Shown here piece by piece: positions 14,423 through 26,320 of a stretch of DNA of 64,000 bases. The notes under the pieces are model-generated. The model saw only the letters and a list, made by a program, of their open reading frames with translations. It ran no database searches and was not told where the DNA came from. The number at the start of each line of letters is the position of its first letter. Position 1 is the first letter of the stretch. The position numbers and the translations under genes were made by a program. Source of the stretch: Eledone cirrhosa. Taxonomy: Eukaryota. The stretch lies in contig OZ024743.1 in the NCBI GenBank assembly GCA_964016885.1, positions 268,894,001-268,958,000 of the forward strand, given 5' to 3'.

Positions 14423-14425
<3 letters not shown>
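12997..14425 (+). mobile_element. Unclassified element between (CA)n and (TA)n with a 150-bp 5' inverted repeat and a 3' hammerhead-like motif; probably PLE-derived
   Basis: Arms 12997-13147 and 13266-13416 are near-perfect reverse complements; hammerhead-like motif at 14334. Confidence 0.55.
14334..14378 (+). ncRNA. Minimal type I hammerhead-like motif (GAAA box altered to GGAA)
   Basis: gct-CTGATGA-ttcc tgccc ta gggta tggat-GGAA-cattg-TT-agc; stem I gct/agc. Confidence 0.55.
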
Positions 14426-14516
<91 letters not shown>

Positions 14517-14633
14517 TCGTGCCATCCACCTCATACAAAACGCAACATCCCATACTGCCTAGCCAGAAGAATTTGTACCATTGTAGAAGATACGAATACC
14601 AGGTACAAACGCTTAACAGAACTAAGAGGATTT

Positions 14634-15344
14634 TTGCTCAAACAAAAATACCCATCTCTACTTATAGAAAATGGCATACAGCGGGCTATAAAAATACCTA
14701 TACAACAACTTAGGACAACCCAAGGAAGAAGAAACGAAGAACTGGTCATACCATTTATAATGACACACAACCCATGTCACCAGAATATCTTCAACACTGC
14801 CAAAGCAAACCTACCGATCATTGCTCAAAGTAATGAATTAAAAGGTTTAATCACAGATCAATCTTTGACTCTTAGTAAAAGACAGCCGAAAAAATTGAAC
14901 CAATTACTAACAAAAGCAAAGTTTGACCTTAACAACAAAGACCAATCATTCACTGTATCTAAATGCAATGATAGTCGATGTGGCACTTGTCAATCCATAC
15001 ACGCCGGTCAATATATGAAAATAAAAACTGGAAAAATATTCCCAAATGCAAATATGAACTGCAAAAGCAGAAATCTAATTTACTGCATTAAATACCCGAA
15101 TTGTGAAGAACTATATGTCGGTCAAACTGGAAATGCACTATCGGAACGTGCACGGGTATACCGACAGCAAATCAGAGACCCAAATGTCCGTCAGATACCC
15201 CTAAGTAACCATCTAGCAACATGTGGTCAGGGAATATTTATAATATTCCCATTCTACAAATTACACAGCCCAAGTGAAATCAAGAGAAAAATCAAAGAAA
15301 ATAATTTTTTTGATAAATTCAAACCCAAGCTAAATGAACATTAA
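14634..15344 (+). CDS. Partial PLE protein: linker zinc finger and GIY-YIG endonuclease
   Basis: LIY..YVG motif pair, downstream R, H and E..F...FKPKLN. Confidence 0.8.
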   Translation: MLKQKYPSLLIENGIQRAIKIPIQQLRTTQGRRNEELVIPFIMTHNPCHQNIFNTAKANLPIIAQSNELKGLITDQSLTLSKRQPKKLNQLLTKAKFDLNNKDQSFTVSKCNDSRCGTCQSIHAGQYMKIKTGKIFPNANMNCKSRNLIYCIKYPNCEELYVGQTGNALSERARVYRQQIRDPNVRQIPLSNHLATCGQGIFIIFPFYKLHSPSEIKRKIKENNFFDKFKPKLNEH

Positions 15345-15760
15345 TAATGGGGTATCGTACTATGACTATTACTACGACCACTAACAACAACAACAACAAT
15401 AATAATTGTTTCTACTTTAGGCACAAAGCCAGCAATTACCCAGTGCATTACTGGTAAATAATAATAATAAAAGAGATGTTAATGGTGATGATTACTAGAA
15501 AATGCTATTTTCATCATTTCTAAAAATAGCAAAACAATTGATGCTTTGGATAGGGTCAATTAGTAGTCGTTAGACATGCTCAACCAACCGTGACGCCTAA
15601 ACCAATCAGCTTTAGTAATCCAGTGAAATTACACACGGATTGGTCGAAATACAGTTTGCAAGATTTAGCATTCTGTAGCCACTTTTCACTGTATATAAGG
15701 CACAAAATTTACCCATCTCATTACAGTTGAAAATTGCAAACTTGACTGTCACCACACAGT

Positions 15761-15802
15761 ATTAACTTGAAGATTGCGAAAGCATGAAAGTACTTGTTCA
15801 AT
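15761..15802 (+). ncRNA. Minimal hammerhead variant in the PLE 3' repeat
   Basis: aac-TTGAAGA-ttgc gaaa gcat-GAAA-gtac-TT-gtt; palindromic stem III AAGTACTT. Confidence 0.6.
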
Positions 15803-16143
15803 TAACACTTAACATTTAATATTCTACCATACTATTTCATTCTAATACCATTATAAATTTTAAAGGATTGTAAATAAAACGAGTAAATCAGACAAAGTCG
15901 GAATTCCTTTTATTAATATATATATATATATATATCGCTTTATGTTACTGTTAATTCACTAGCTTGAGCCCCCGATGCGTAGGGGTTCGTTTAAGTCTCG
16001 CATTTGGTGTTACATATTTGGTGTTAAACTGTGATCGGTTTCCTTCATATGCAGAGTGTAATATTAAATATAAGTAGGAATATTTAATTTTGATACTCTG
16101 AAACTTCGTTCCTACTTACTTTTAATAATTTTAATTACACACA

Positions 16144-16188
<45 letters not shown>

Positions 16189-16189
16189 G

Positions 16190-16403
16190 AAGGCGTGTGG
16201 CTGAGTGATTAGAGAATTGGATTCACAATCTTGAGGTTGTGAGTTCAATTCCTGGACCGGGCGATGCGTTATGTCCTTGAGCAAGACACTTTATTTCACG
16301 TTGTTCCTTCTACCTGGAGGTGCGACCGATAAATAGTACTAGCAACTGGAAAGACCAATGGAAACATTGTTTCCTCGGTCCGATTTGACGAAAGTCGATC
16401 GAT

Positions 16404-16406
<3 letters not shown>
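16190..16406 (+). mobile_element. tRNA-derived SINE whose 3' domain is related to the 36-kb minisatellite; same 3' domain at 21178-21275
   Basis: A/B boxes tggctgagtg, gagttcaattcct; 3' ggaaagaccaatggaaacattgtttcctcggtccgatttgacga. Confidence 0.75.
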
Positions 16407-16440
<34 letters not shown>

Positions 16441-16443
<3 letters not shown>

Positions 16444-16521
16444 GGTGTCCACCAAAAATGTATATACACATTTCAACAGCATTCTAATTAAAGTGTGTGT
16501 ATATTTTGGGCGGATACCCTG
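16441..16521. mobile_element. Tc1/mariner-type MITE, TA-flanked; relatives at 39732-39849 and 52463-52690
   Basis: TIR cagggtgtcc...ggataccctg with TA on both sides. Confidence 0.7.
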
Positions 16522-16757
16522 TATATATAAATATATATATATTATTTCAAAGTTCAACTAGCAAAGGACGTTGACATTCTCTATCTGGTAGTTTAGTTCT
16601 TTGCTAGTTATCTTTCGATTACACATTGATCATTCCTCATGTGGAATGATCGGCGCATCATTCTTTATTAACGAGATTGGGATCCTTTGGATCAATAAGT
16701 TGAGCACTCTGAAGATACAGCGATGGAAATATATATAAGTGTGTGTATGTATATACA

Positions 16758-16795
<38 letters not shown>

Positions 16796-16798
16796 CAG

Positions 16799-16843
<45 letters not shown>

Positions 16844-16875
16844 GTGTGTATATATATATATATACATACAAACAC

Positions 16876-16971
<96 letters not shown>

Positions 16972-17418
16972 AAATCCTTCGCGACCTTTAATTACGGCCC
17001 TATATTTTCTGAGATCAAATTTCGCTGAGATTAGCATTTGCTTTTAATCCTTCAATGATCGATAAAATAAAGTACTAGTTATGTACTGGATCAATATAAT
17101 CGACATTGCCTTTCCTCAAAAATTACTGACCTTATGCGTATATTAGAAACTAATATTTGATCTCTGGTTAAAATATATTGTGGTATTTAGTTAGGGTTAG
17201 TGATACTCCTTTACCAGCGTTAAATTTGTCTTTCATCATTCTGGGATCAAGTACTGGAGTCAATACAATCGATTGTGTCCATGTGTCTATTTAAGAACTA
17301 AATATTTTGTACCTATTCAGGATTTGTCACATATTGTTGATCATATTGTGGGTGTCATACACTCGGACATATATATAGTAAAAATATAAGGAAAAGAAAT
17401 CGAAAATGCAACTGGAGT

Positions 17419-17454
17419 CTTTACCGGTTTCACAGTTCTTATGCCTTTCAAAAG
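17419..17454 (-). ncRNA. Minimal hammerhead variant
   Basis: Minus strand ctt-TTGAAAG-gca taagaac tgt-GAAA-ccgg-TA-aag. Confidence 0.45.
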
Positions 17455-17494
17455 TAGAATGAGGTGGAGGGCTTATATATATACATATATATAA

Positions 17495-18120
17495 ATTTCG
17501 TATTTCTAAAGAAACATAGTATGTTTACAGGAAACATTTAGGAAGCCGTAGCTATGCAAACACCGGGGCTAACGCCCTCTGTTGATCTCAAGGAGAAGCA
17601 AGGGGGACAACCGTCTACATATTTGTATAAAGCTTTATACAAATATGTAGGCGGGTCTCCCGCTAGCTTCTGCTGGACACCACCAGAGGGCGTTAGCCCC
17701 AGTGTTTGCATAGCTACAGCTTCCTAAATGTTTCCTGTAAACATACCATGTTTCTTTAGAAATACGAAATATTTATAACTATTGTATAAAGCTATGCTTG
17801 AAGCGAAATCCTATTTCTATTCTATTATAAGTTGAGCCAACTTATGCAGCTTCATGTGCAAATGAGATTAATCACCTCATTTACACAGACGAGAAAACTA
17901 TATATTCTCAACTGTTCTCAAGTCCAGCAGTTGCAAGCGGTGGGAGGGACTGTCCTGATGAAGGCCAGTCAAGCCTTAAAAGCATAGACGGTTGTCCCCC
18001 TTGCTTCTGCTGGATATCACCAGGAGGCGTTAGCCCCGGTGTTTGTATAGCTACGGCTTCCTAAATGTTTCCTGTAAACATACCGCGTTTCTTTAGAAAT
18101 ACAACATTTCCATACATATT
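17495..18120 (+). mobile_element. Non-coding hammerhead-bearing element with 276-bp fold-back and 337-bp direct repeat (retrozyme-like or PLE pseudo-LTR-like)
   Basis: Imperfect palindrome 17495-17770 with a perfect 36-bp core (17615-17650); segment 17650-17765 repeated from 17987. Confidence 0.75.
17948..17993 (+). ncRNA. Type I hammerhead-like motif (GAAA altered to AAAA)
   Basis: gactgtc-CTGATGA-aggc cagtcaa gcct-t AAAA-gca-TA-gacggtt; 7-bp stem I, 4-bp stem II. Confidence 0.65.
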
Positions 18121-18124
18121 TATA

Positions 18125-18746
18125 TAATAATAATAATAATAATAATGAAATTATTGAGTACAGTGCTCAGGCGCACTACAACTCGTCAAAGGTGCATGTA
18201 TAGTACATAGAACGATATACAAATGTCAGGGAAGTGAATAGTGTATGAGTCATGATATACATGTGTGTGTGTGTATGGAGGGGGAAATATTAGGTGTAGT
18301 GTTGGCGAATCTCAGGAAGCATGAAGGTTTTAAAGGATGCAGTGTCTCGACAGCTAACAACTGGTGCAGGTAGTTTGTTCCATGCTTCAGCAACTTTGAG
18401 CGTGAAAAAATGTTTCCGAAGGTCATGGGAGCTGTGCTGTTTTCTGACTTTGTGGGCATGCCCACGTGTGTTAGACACATGGAAATCAAAAACGTACTCA
18501 GGGTTGTTGTTGGCAAGATGGTTAATAATTTTGTGGGTGTTTACCAAGTCAGTTGTCAGACGTCGGAGCTTCAATATATCCATGCCCAGGGAAGTAAGGC
18601 GTTCAGAGTATGGTAGATGCCTGATGGAGGGTATTCGCTTGGTTGCACGTCTCTGAACAGTTTCCAGGCGGTCAATGTTCTGAGCAAGATAAGGGTTCCA
18701 GACTGGTAATGCAAATTCTAGGTGTGGCCACACCATAGCTATATAC
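18125..18746 (-). mobile_element. CR1-group LINE 3' fragment with (ATT)n tail
   Basis: ORF 18290-18736: PHLEFALPVWNPY, LETVQRRATK, YSERL, TRGH, FFTLKV..WNKLP. Confidence 0.92.
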
Positions 18747-18765
18747 AGCTATGCTTGAAGCGAAG

Positions 18766-18810
<45 letters not shown>

Positions 18811-18816
<6 letters not shown>

Positions 18817-19005
18817 ATATAGAAATGGCTTCTACAGGACTAGAACTGTTTCATTCAACAGATTGACAGTCAGCTTTCCTAATGATTTCCTTCGAATGAA
18901 ACAGTTCTAGTCCTGTAGAAGCCATTTCTATATTAAATAATTATACTCTACTATGTATTAAGTACCTTACTTACTGTGGTTACCCTCGATTGAACACGGG
19001 ATACA
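18811..19005 (+). mobile_element. Short TA-associated fold-back element; relatives at 30005-30416 and 39881-39993
   Basis: 46-bp inverted arms 18811-18856 / 18894-18939; shared tail gtatt(a/g)agtaccttac..tgtggttacc..gattgaac. Confidence 0.7.
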
Positions 19006-19008
19006 CAA

Positions 19009-19041
<33 letters not shown>

Positions 19042-19201
19042 ACAAAAAGAGACAGCACACAGATATATACATATATGCGTTCAAATCATAAGGGACCTAA
19101 ACCGCTAGGGTGAATAATATACTAACTATTAACAATACGGTTTGCCAGACTCAATTAAAAGGATAATTTAAGAAATACAAACCGAATCATGATAACTATC
19201 A

Positions 19202-19280
19202 ACATCGAGACAGCTTTTGGCAGAACTGTTTCGCAACAAAGTGGAGAGAGTTACAAATCCGATTGTTCTTCAGTGGATGT
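19202..19280 (-). ncRNA. Full-size type I hammerhead-like motif with GUC site
   Basis: acatcca-CTGAAGA-acaat...gttgc-GAAA-cagtt ctgccaaa agctg-TC-tcgatgt; one mismatch in stem I, A-C at the base of stem II. Confidence 0.65.
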
Positions 19281-19541
19281 ACAGATTAGTAAACCGTTCA
19301 CTTCTAAATTTCTTAGGAGACTAACTGAAGCGCGTGTTATTCAGTGCCTAGCGTGTCTTATAAAACGTAGGTTACTAAAAATAACAGCCTGATTCACTCG
19401 ACATGTAAAAAGGTCAACAAAATTTTAGGAGCTGAGTTTATCAAAAATATATATTGAGTTAAAAACTCACAATAGTGCCTTATAATTAAAATAGCTCAAG
19501 GAAAAAAAATTTCCGAACCACCTTATAATATATGATTTGAA

Positions 19542-19602
<61 letters not shown>

Positions 19603-19604
<2 letters not shown>

Positions 19605-19760
19605 ATAATAATAAATTTGAAGACTAAAATCCAAAGAGGGCTCGATAAGGATAAATATATATCAAATATATAAGAACCCTAGAGCAAATATTTATTAAAA
19701 TAACAGATTAAAGTTTAAGCAAAGAATCGCTGCTTTTACCTTTAACGGGATCTTCTGAAA
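19603..19760. repeat. Dispersed repeat abutting (TA)n; near-identical copy at 63880-64000, fragment at 32077-32105
   Basis: aataaatttgaagactaaaatccaaagagggctcgataagg...aacagattaaagtttaagcaaa. Confidence 0.85.
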
Positions 19761-20302
19761 CTAAAAAAATCAATCTGTGAAGGCAGAAGTAAATATTTCG
19801 AAAAACGTTGCAACCGAGGGAAAACAGGAAGACGATACTTTGGTTCGTGAAGACGTTCCCGGGCAATGAACGGAAAAAAGCGAAGTGTTTGCACGTATGT
19901 AAGGTGTGTATATTTGTACTTTGTGTTTTGGTTGACGTACGTTTAATGAACATATGTGTATTTTCCTGTAGGTATGTGTGTGCGTGCGTTATATACGTAT
20001 TTATGTGTGCATATTTATATACGTTTATATAATTATATGTATACACACACACACATATTTTTTTATGTGCATTTGGTGTATACGTTCGTATGTGTGCGGG
20101 TACAGATGTCGCGCGGGTTTATGTATGTGTGCGCGTGTTTATGCGTACGTGCTTGAATATGCATACCATGGCGGGTGTTTTCGCGTATGCATGAGTATGT
20201 ACGTATATGGATGCGCGTATGTATATATTTAATTATTGTTGATTTCAATAACCTCTGTCATTTTCGTTCTACTAATCTATTTACATTATTCTTAATTCTG
20301 AA

Positions 20303-20495
20303 TGGGCGTGGATTGGCAGTATCGGTAGAGGGTCGGACGCCATGCTTTGATGAATACAGTTACGGCCCTTGCCATTCTGAGTTCAAATCCCGCCAAGGTT
20401 AACTTTGCTTTTCATCCTTACGGGGTCGATAAAATAAAGTACCAGTAATGCACTGGGTAATTGCTGGCCTTGTGCCAAAAGTAGAAACAATTATT
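20303..20495 (+). mobile_element. Family-A SINE, full length; similar copies at 34575-34795(-), 53705-53892(+), 61187-61371(-)
   Basis: A-box tggcagtatcgg, B-box gagttcaaatccc, core tttcatccttacggggtcgataaaataaagtaccag. Confidence 0.9.
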
Positions 20496-20803
20496 CTTAA
20501 CTCTGAAGCCGAGAATCATTCGGTTTCCTAAATAGAATATTAGTCTACGACTTCATTTATACCATAAACGTGGTTTTGTCTTTGCGTGTAATTGATCTCA
20601 TCGTCGTTAGTATACACTTACTGATGTGATATGGAATCAAGAAGGTCTATCTATGACGAAGTATTAGTATAATAAGAATGAAATAGGGAGCAATATCATT
20701 TATTAATTAATAGTTGCCTGGTCGGGGAATCAACACCGAAGAATCAACAAATTACATCATTAAAACTGATATTGATGAGAGTTGTCAGATGAAATCATAT
20801 CTT

Positions 20804-20845
<42 letters not shown>

Positions 20846-21053
20846 CGTTTCTGAATTTGTTTAGCAAGATTCTTTATCTGAAAAGGTGTGTTGAAACCGA
20901 TATTGTTATACTTTGGGAGGGTCTTGTTGCACATAAGAAACACACGCACCAGTTGCTTTCACTTCAATTTATTATAATAAATTTATAAATTTAGGAATTT
21001 ATAAATTTCCGGTCGGTTGGTTGGTTCCACAACCAGATGGTTGTTTATATATT

Positions 21054-21096
21054 GTCAAAGTTCTTTCGTCACACATTCTGTTACCTCTTCAGTGAC
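21054..21096 (-). ncRNA. Minimal hammerhead motif
   Basis: gtca-CTGAAGA-ggtaac agaatgt gtgac-GAAA-gaac-TT-tgac; both core boxes intact; stem I gtca/tgac. Confidence 0.6.
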
Positions 21097-21466
21097 TGGA
21101 GATTCTTTTCTTTGTTTTTTGTGCCTCTCCTTTGTTCTGTCCTACGCCATCTTGTTTTTGTGTGTGTGTTGCTCCTTCTGTGTGGAGTTGCGACCGATAG
21201 ATAGTATTAGCAAGTGGAAAGACCAATGGAAAGATTATTTCCTCGGTCCGATTTGACGAAAGTCGATCGACTGTCGATATATATATATATATTATATATA
21301 TATCATGCCTTTATTTTTAAATGTTCTCATTCCTTGTATTTTGATCATGCTTTATTTTTATTTATTATTTATTATATTTTTGTCTTTATTTGTTAATTTT
21401 TCATTCGCACCGTTTCCTTTCGCTATATGTCTCTCCACCACTCCCCTACACACCTTTTGAACTCTT

Positions 21467-21498
21467 ACCTGAAGAAGGGCTTATGCCCGAAACGTCGT
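21467..21498 (+). ncRNA. Minimal PLE-type hammerhead motif
   Basis: ac-CTGAAGA-a gggc ttat gccc-GAAA-cg-TC-gt; palindromic ACGT stem III, GUC site, only 2-bp stem I. Confidence 0.7.
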
Positions 21499-21583
21499 CC
21501 TCCACCTACCCCCCACTCTCCTGAGCGTGAATCTAATAAACATTTGTCGTACTGCCTCTCTGTTCTGTCCCTGTTCAATTTTT

Positions 21584-21681
<98 letters not shown>

Positions 21682-21808
21682 AGTATCGAGAGAGAGAAGA
21701 GATAGTTATTTGCCAATAGCATATGCAAAACTTGGTCAATACTTGTGTCTGCAGTGTTAAATATTAGAAGTGTTAATATCTAGTGGGCGAGAATGTAAGC
21801 AGAGCGGT

Positions 21809-21850
<42 letters not shown>

Positions 21851-21897
21851 ATTAAATAAATGGAAACTATATTTATAAAACCATATTTATTTCATTA

Positions 21898-21950
21898 TAT
21901 ATATTTCAGGGATATCATATTAACAATATGCTATGCCTTCCTCAGACAAA
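21898..21950 (-). ncRNA. Hammerhead-like core with long stem II (stem I not formed)
   Basis: CTGAGGA-aggc atag catatt gtt aatatg atat ccct-GAAA-tata-TA. Confidence 0.45.
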
Positions 21951-22082
21951 ATACAATATAAACAGTTTTATAGATAAATAGATTTGACATACCGTAACAA
22001 CATCGACTTGTATTTGAAAAAGTTGAATTGGCAGTTATAAATATTTACTAGTTGTAACCCAACAATTTAAATATAACTTTCC

Positions 22083-22156
<74 letters not shown>

Positions 22157-22407
22157 ATAGAATTATGGGACAAAGCTTATCGAATAGAATGGACACTGCT
22201 TCGGTCTTTTCCTCTCTCACTCAATACTCTAACTAAGTCCATATTATTAAAATGCTAACCCAACCGATTAGAGTCTAACACGTTAATCAAAGAGGAAGAC
22301 GATTTCGGGTGGGTCGGAAATTTGAGATACCCAGGCTGGTGCACCACTTTCTACGAATCCGATCTACTGGCGGTTCTTTAATGGAACTACCATATGCAGA
22401 AATTAGG

Positions 22408-22471
<64 letters not shown>

Positions 22472-22503
22472 GCAAACATCACGGGCGCTCTATCTCAAAA
22501 TTA

Positions 22504-22539
22504 TTTTTGAAAAGCATTAGAAATGCGCAACCGGTAAAA
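22504..22539 (+). ncRNA. Degenerate minimal hammerhead variant
   Basis: ttt-TTGAAAA-gcat tagaa atgc-GCAA-ccgg-TA-aaa; same architecture as the motif at 17419. Confidence 0.4.
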
Positions 22540-23020
22540 ACTTAAAACTGAAACTGAATACTAACCAATACTTATTACTAATTTATACTTACTCCTAATT
22601 AAACTATTTTTCACTGGGAAAAATGTGTCAGCATTTTCTTTTCCTTTTACTAATATACCACAACTCGTGTGTTACACCTCTATTCTTTTAAATATATATA
22701 TATTTACTCAGCTGTAGAAATGAGTACCGGTCTGCCCGCCCAGCCAGTGGGATGGCGTTATCTTATGGCTAAAACAGCACGACCAGCGGCACCGATTGGC
22801 GCCCGACAGACTGGTCAATCAAGGTGATCGGGGTGATATATATATATATATATATATATAAATATATATATACTGGTGGGCAGTATTTCTTCTAATATAA
22901 TTTAAGTGGTCTTGTATATTACTACTACTATTTTACACAATTACATATAAGAAATAAGACGAAAAGCAGGGAATGGAGCCGCGTTCAAAGATGTACTATT
23001 ATGTATTATTGAAGCTTATC

Positions 23021-23099
<79 letters not shown>

Positions 23100-23113
23100 C
23101 ATATATATATATA

Positions 23114-23568
23114 AGGGCAAAGGAGCTCTTAAGAGTCAATGGCCATCCAAAATCACCGGGAGAGATGGCTCCTTAGCCTTTGTGAAGGCAGAATTCTAGG
23201 AGAAGGAAAACTGTGATATAACACCTGCAACCCTGATGGTATCCAATGATGTTGACTTGTTCTTCTTTTTGGTAAATATCATCTTGGTTAAGAGAGTGGG
23301 ACTGGCTTTGTGCAGTGCCTTTGCTCACTATAAAAGCTTCACGGCACAGGCATTACTTTATATCTGGAGATCTCTCTGCACTTGTCGTTACATGGTACCA
23401 TGGGCCCAGCACTATGTGTCAATAATTGTCACATGTGTAGTGTTTGTACCAGAGTTTTCAAGTCGCTGGCTGGACTAAAAAGTCACACTCGTTCAGCACA
23501 TCGGTAGGGGTTCTCCTACATGGATATAAAGTAGTGGCCGTACTCGAAAACGAGTTGGCAGCCACCAT
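23114..23568 (+). mobile_element. RTE-derived non-autonomous element, dispersed copy in (TA)n
   Basis: Same sequence as the array units at 741-1153, with a longer 5' end. Confidence 0.9.
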
Positions 23569-23590
23569 ATATATATATATATATATATAT

Positions 23591-23792
23591 AACGGAGGAA
23601 ATGTGGTAAGGAACCAGGTGGACCATAACGCACCAAAGTACTCAATACTTGAGGTAGTAGAGTGGGTAATAGGAACCAGTAAGACCCCGACAGCTGAGCT
23701 CAAGCCGTTTCGACGGCTAATTCTGGACTAATTAGCAGTCCAGAATTAGCCGTCGAAACGGCTTGAGCTCAGCTGTCGGGGTCTTACTGGTT

Positions 23793-23797
<5 letters not shown>
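23591..23797. mobile_element. ~140-bp TA-associated element with terminal fold-back; copies at 28786-28975 (fold-back), 32166-32291 and 40226-40363
   Basis: gtccagaattagccgtcgaaacggcttgagctc.gctgtcggggtc...gcgttatggtccacctgg; palindrome 23679-23797. Confidence 0.85.
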
Positions 23798-23842
<45 letters not shown>

Positions 23843-23852
23843 TATCAACATA

Positions 23853-23922
<70 letters not shown>

Positions 23923-24526
23923 TATATATGTATTTATATACATATGTGTATATATATATACATATACACACACATACACATGTATATATATACATATATA
24001 TATATATATGCATACATACAAATAGATACATTTATATACACATATATTATATATATATAATTTATATACATATATGTATATATGTGTATATAAATTTAGC
24101 CTGTATTTGAATACAAAGCTGGACTTTGTTCAGTGGTTATAATGGTGACGTAATGGCGTCTGTGCAACTGGAACGATTGACACAATATTACGTGTTTGTA
24201 ATAATAAGCCTCGGCTTTTCAAATAATCTTTTTACAGTGATATAACATATCGTGCTTGATAAAATGTTCTGAAGGGAGAAAAGTAGGTTCGGTTTGGGTT
24301 TCAGGGTTTTGTTTTTGTTATTCATATATATTATATATTTCTAAGCCTGTTTAACATACGACGTGTGGGTTGACAAACGACATCGACTTTAACACCAACA
24401 ACAATTCACCAACAACAATAACCATAACAATCACAACAGCAAAGCCTGCTTTCATCACCATCACTATCATCACAGACACCATTGTATCTGTTGGTCAAAA
24501 GTGGTGATGGATGAGTGTATATATAT

Positions 24527-24625
<99 letters not shown>

Positions 24626-24648
24626 AAAAGAATGAAACATACATATAC

Positions 24649-24681
<33 letters not shown>

Positions 24682-24706
24682 TGTTTATATGTATATACAT
24701 ATGTAC

Positions 24707-24737
<31 letters not shown>

Positions 24738-25504
24738 TACATATACATACATTACACGCACACACACAGCGTTGTAGTATAGTTAGAATAGGCAGTGTTA
24801 TGACACAGACATATACAAACATACACGAACATACACTTAGACACAAACACACAAACATACACAAATACACACATCGACAAACATACACAATCATACACAT
24901 ACACAATCATACACATAGACAAACATACACGAACATAAATAGACATACACAAACACACGCACACACATACACACACAAACACACGCACACACATACACAC
25001 ACAAACACACACTACACAGCCACTATTTAAAATTCAGATGAGGTGACAGAGTTGACTCCAACGTATTTAGCACCTTAAGCTAGTTCTACAAAATAATTTT
25101 AACTTACAGTTTGGGAAACGGGCGAAACTAGCTTATGACAATTGTTGCTCTGCCACACTAAAAAAATTACGAAGCCTGAATGTTCCACTACACAGTTCAC
25201 ACACACCCACGCCAAACAATGTGGTAGGTTATAACTTCATACGACTCACTCCAAAGTTGTCCTTAATATAACGCCGACCCTGGAAGTTAGTTAATCACAG
25301 GCAGTCAGTTAGGTGGAGCTGTAGCGGTGAGGTAAATATAATAAAATGGGTTGATGACAAATATCGTATGTATTGGCTTTTTCTTGTGCATATGAGTATG
25401 TGTGTGTGTGAGCATCTGTATGATGTCTGTCTACGTGTCTTACTTATATTTGTATACTTGTACATATGAAAATATATAGATGCTCGCACACACACACACA
25501 CACA

Positions 25505-25623
<119 letters not shown>

Positions 25624-26320
25624 AAATCAAAAGATGGTTGAAAAAGTTCCATGTATTTTATTATGCGCATTTCAAAAACAAATATCATCATGGGATGATA
25701 TTTGCGTTTTCATCAGATAAAATAGGGAGACATGAAATGAAGCTTAAAAAACACTTGCGAAGTGAAGTGTTAAATCAACATATGAAAAATAAAATAAGAT
25801 GGATATATGAGATTGGGAAAAAAGGAAAGGAAGGGGGGAAGGAAAAGGTAAGGAAGAGGAAGAAAGAATATAGATAAAGGAAAAAATATATAATAATAAG
25901 GAAAAGATGACGGAGGAGGAGTATAAGAAGGAAGGATGAAAGAGGAGGAGAAAATGAGTGAGAGAGAGATAACCTTTAATACTGAGAAACACTGTCTCAC
26001 AGAGAGAAATAAAAAAAAACCGTTGTAAGATAATACATAATTTAAAAAAATTAAGAAATTAAAAGTTAATGAGGTTTATGAATGGTGATGCTTATGATTA
26101 AAGAAAAAGGAATTAAGAATACTATTTATTTAAGGTTTATATATTGAAGGGTTTAATAAGATGTGCGAAAAGGAATTTATTAAAATGTATTATTAAAATA
26201 AAATATTTAAAATATATTATTTATACTCCAGTCCTATAAACTGTTGAGTGCTACTTATCCGATATTTGCATTGCTTTATTGTGCTACAATAAAACTCACC
26301 TCCTACATATATATATATAT

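Larger units (their letters stand above)
14515..15917 (+). mobile_element. 5'-truncated Penelope-like element (RT thumb, Cys linker, GIY-YIG, 3' UTR) between (TA)n tracts
   Basis: SCHPPHTKRNIPYCLARRICTIV; KCNDSRCGTC; NLIYCIKYPNCEELYVGQT...R. Confidence 0.92.

Noticed and set aside
18875-18910. CTAATGA-stem-GAAAC in the fold-back spacer; similar CAGAAGA...AAAA on the minus strand near 19725-19760
   Set aside because: Core substitutions and no stem I; too degenerate to call
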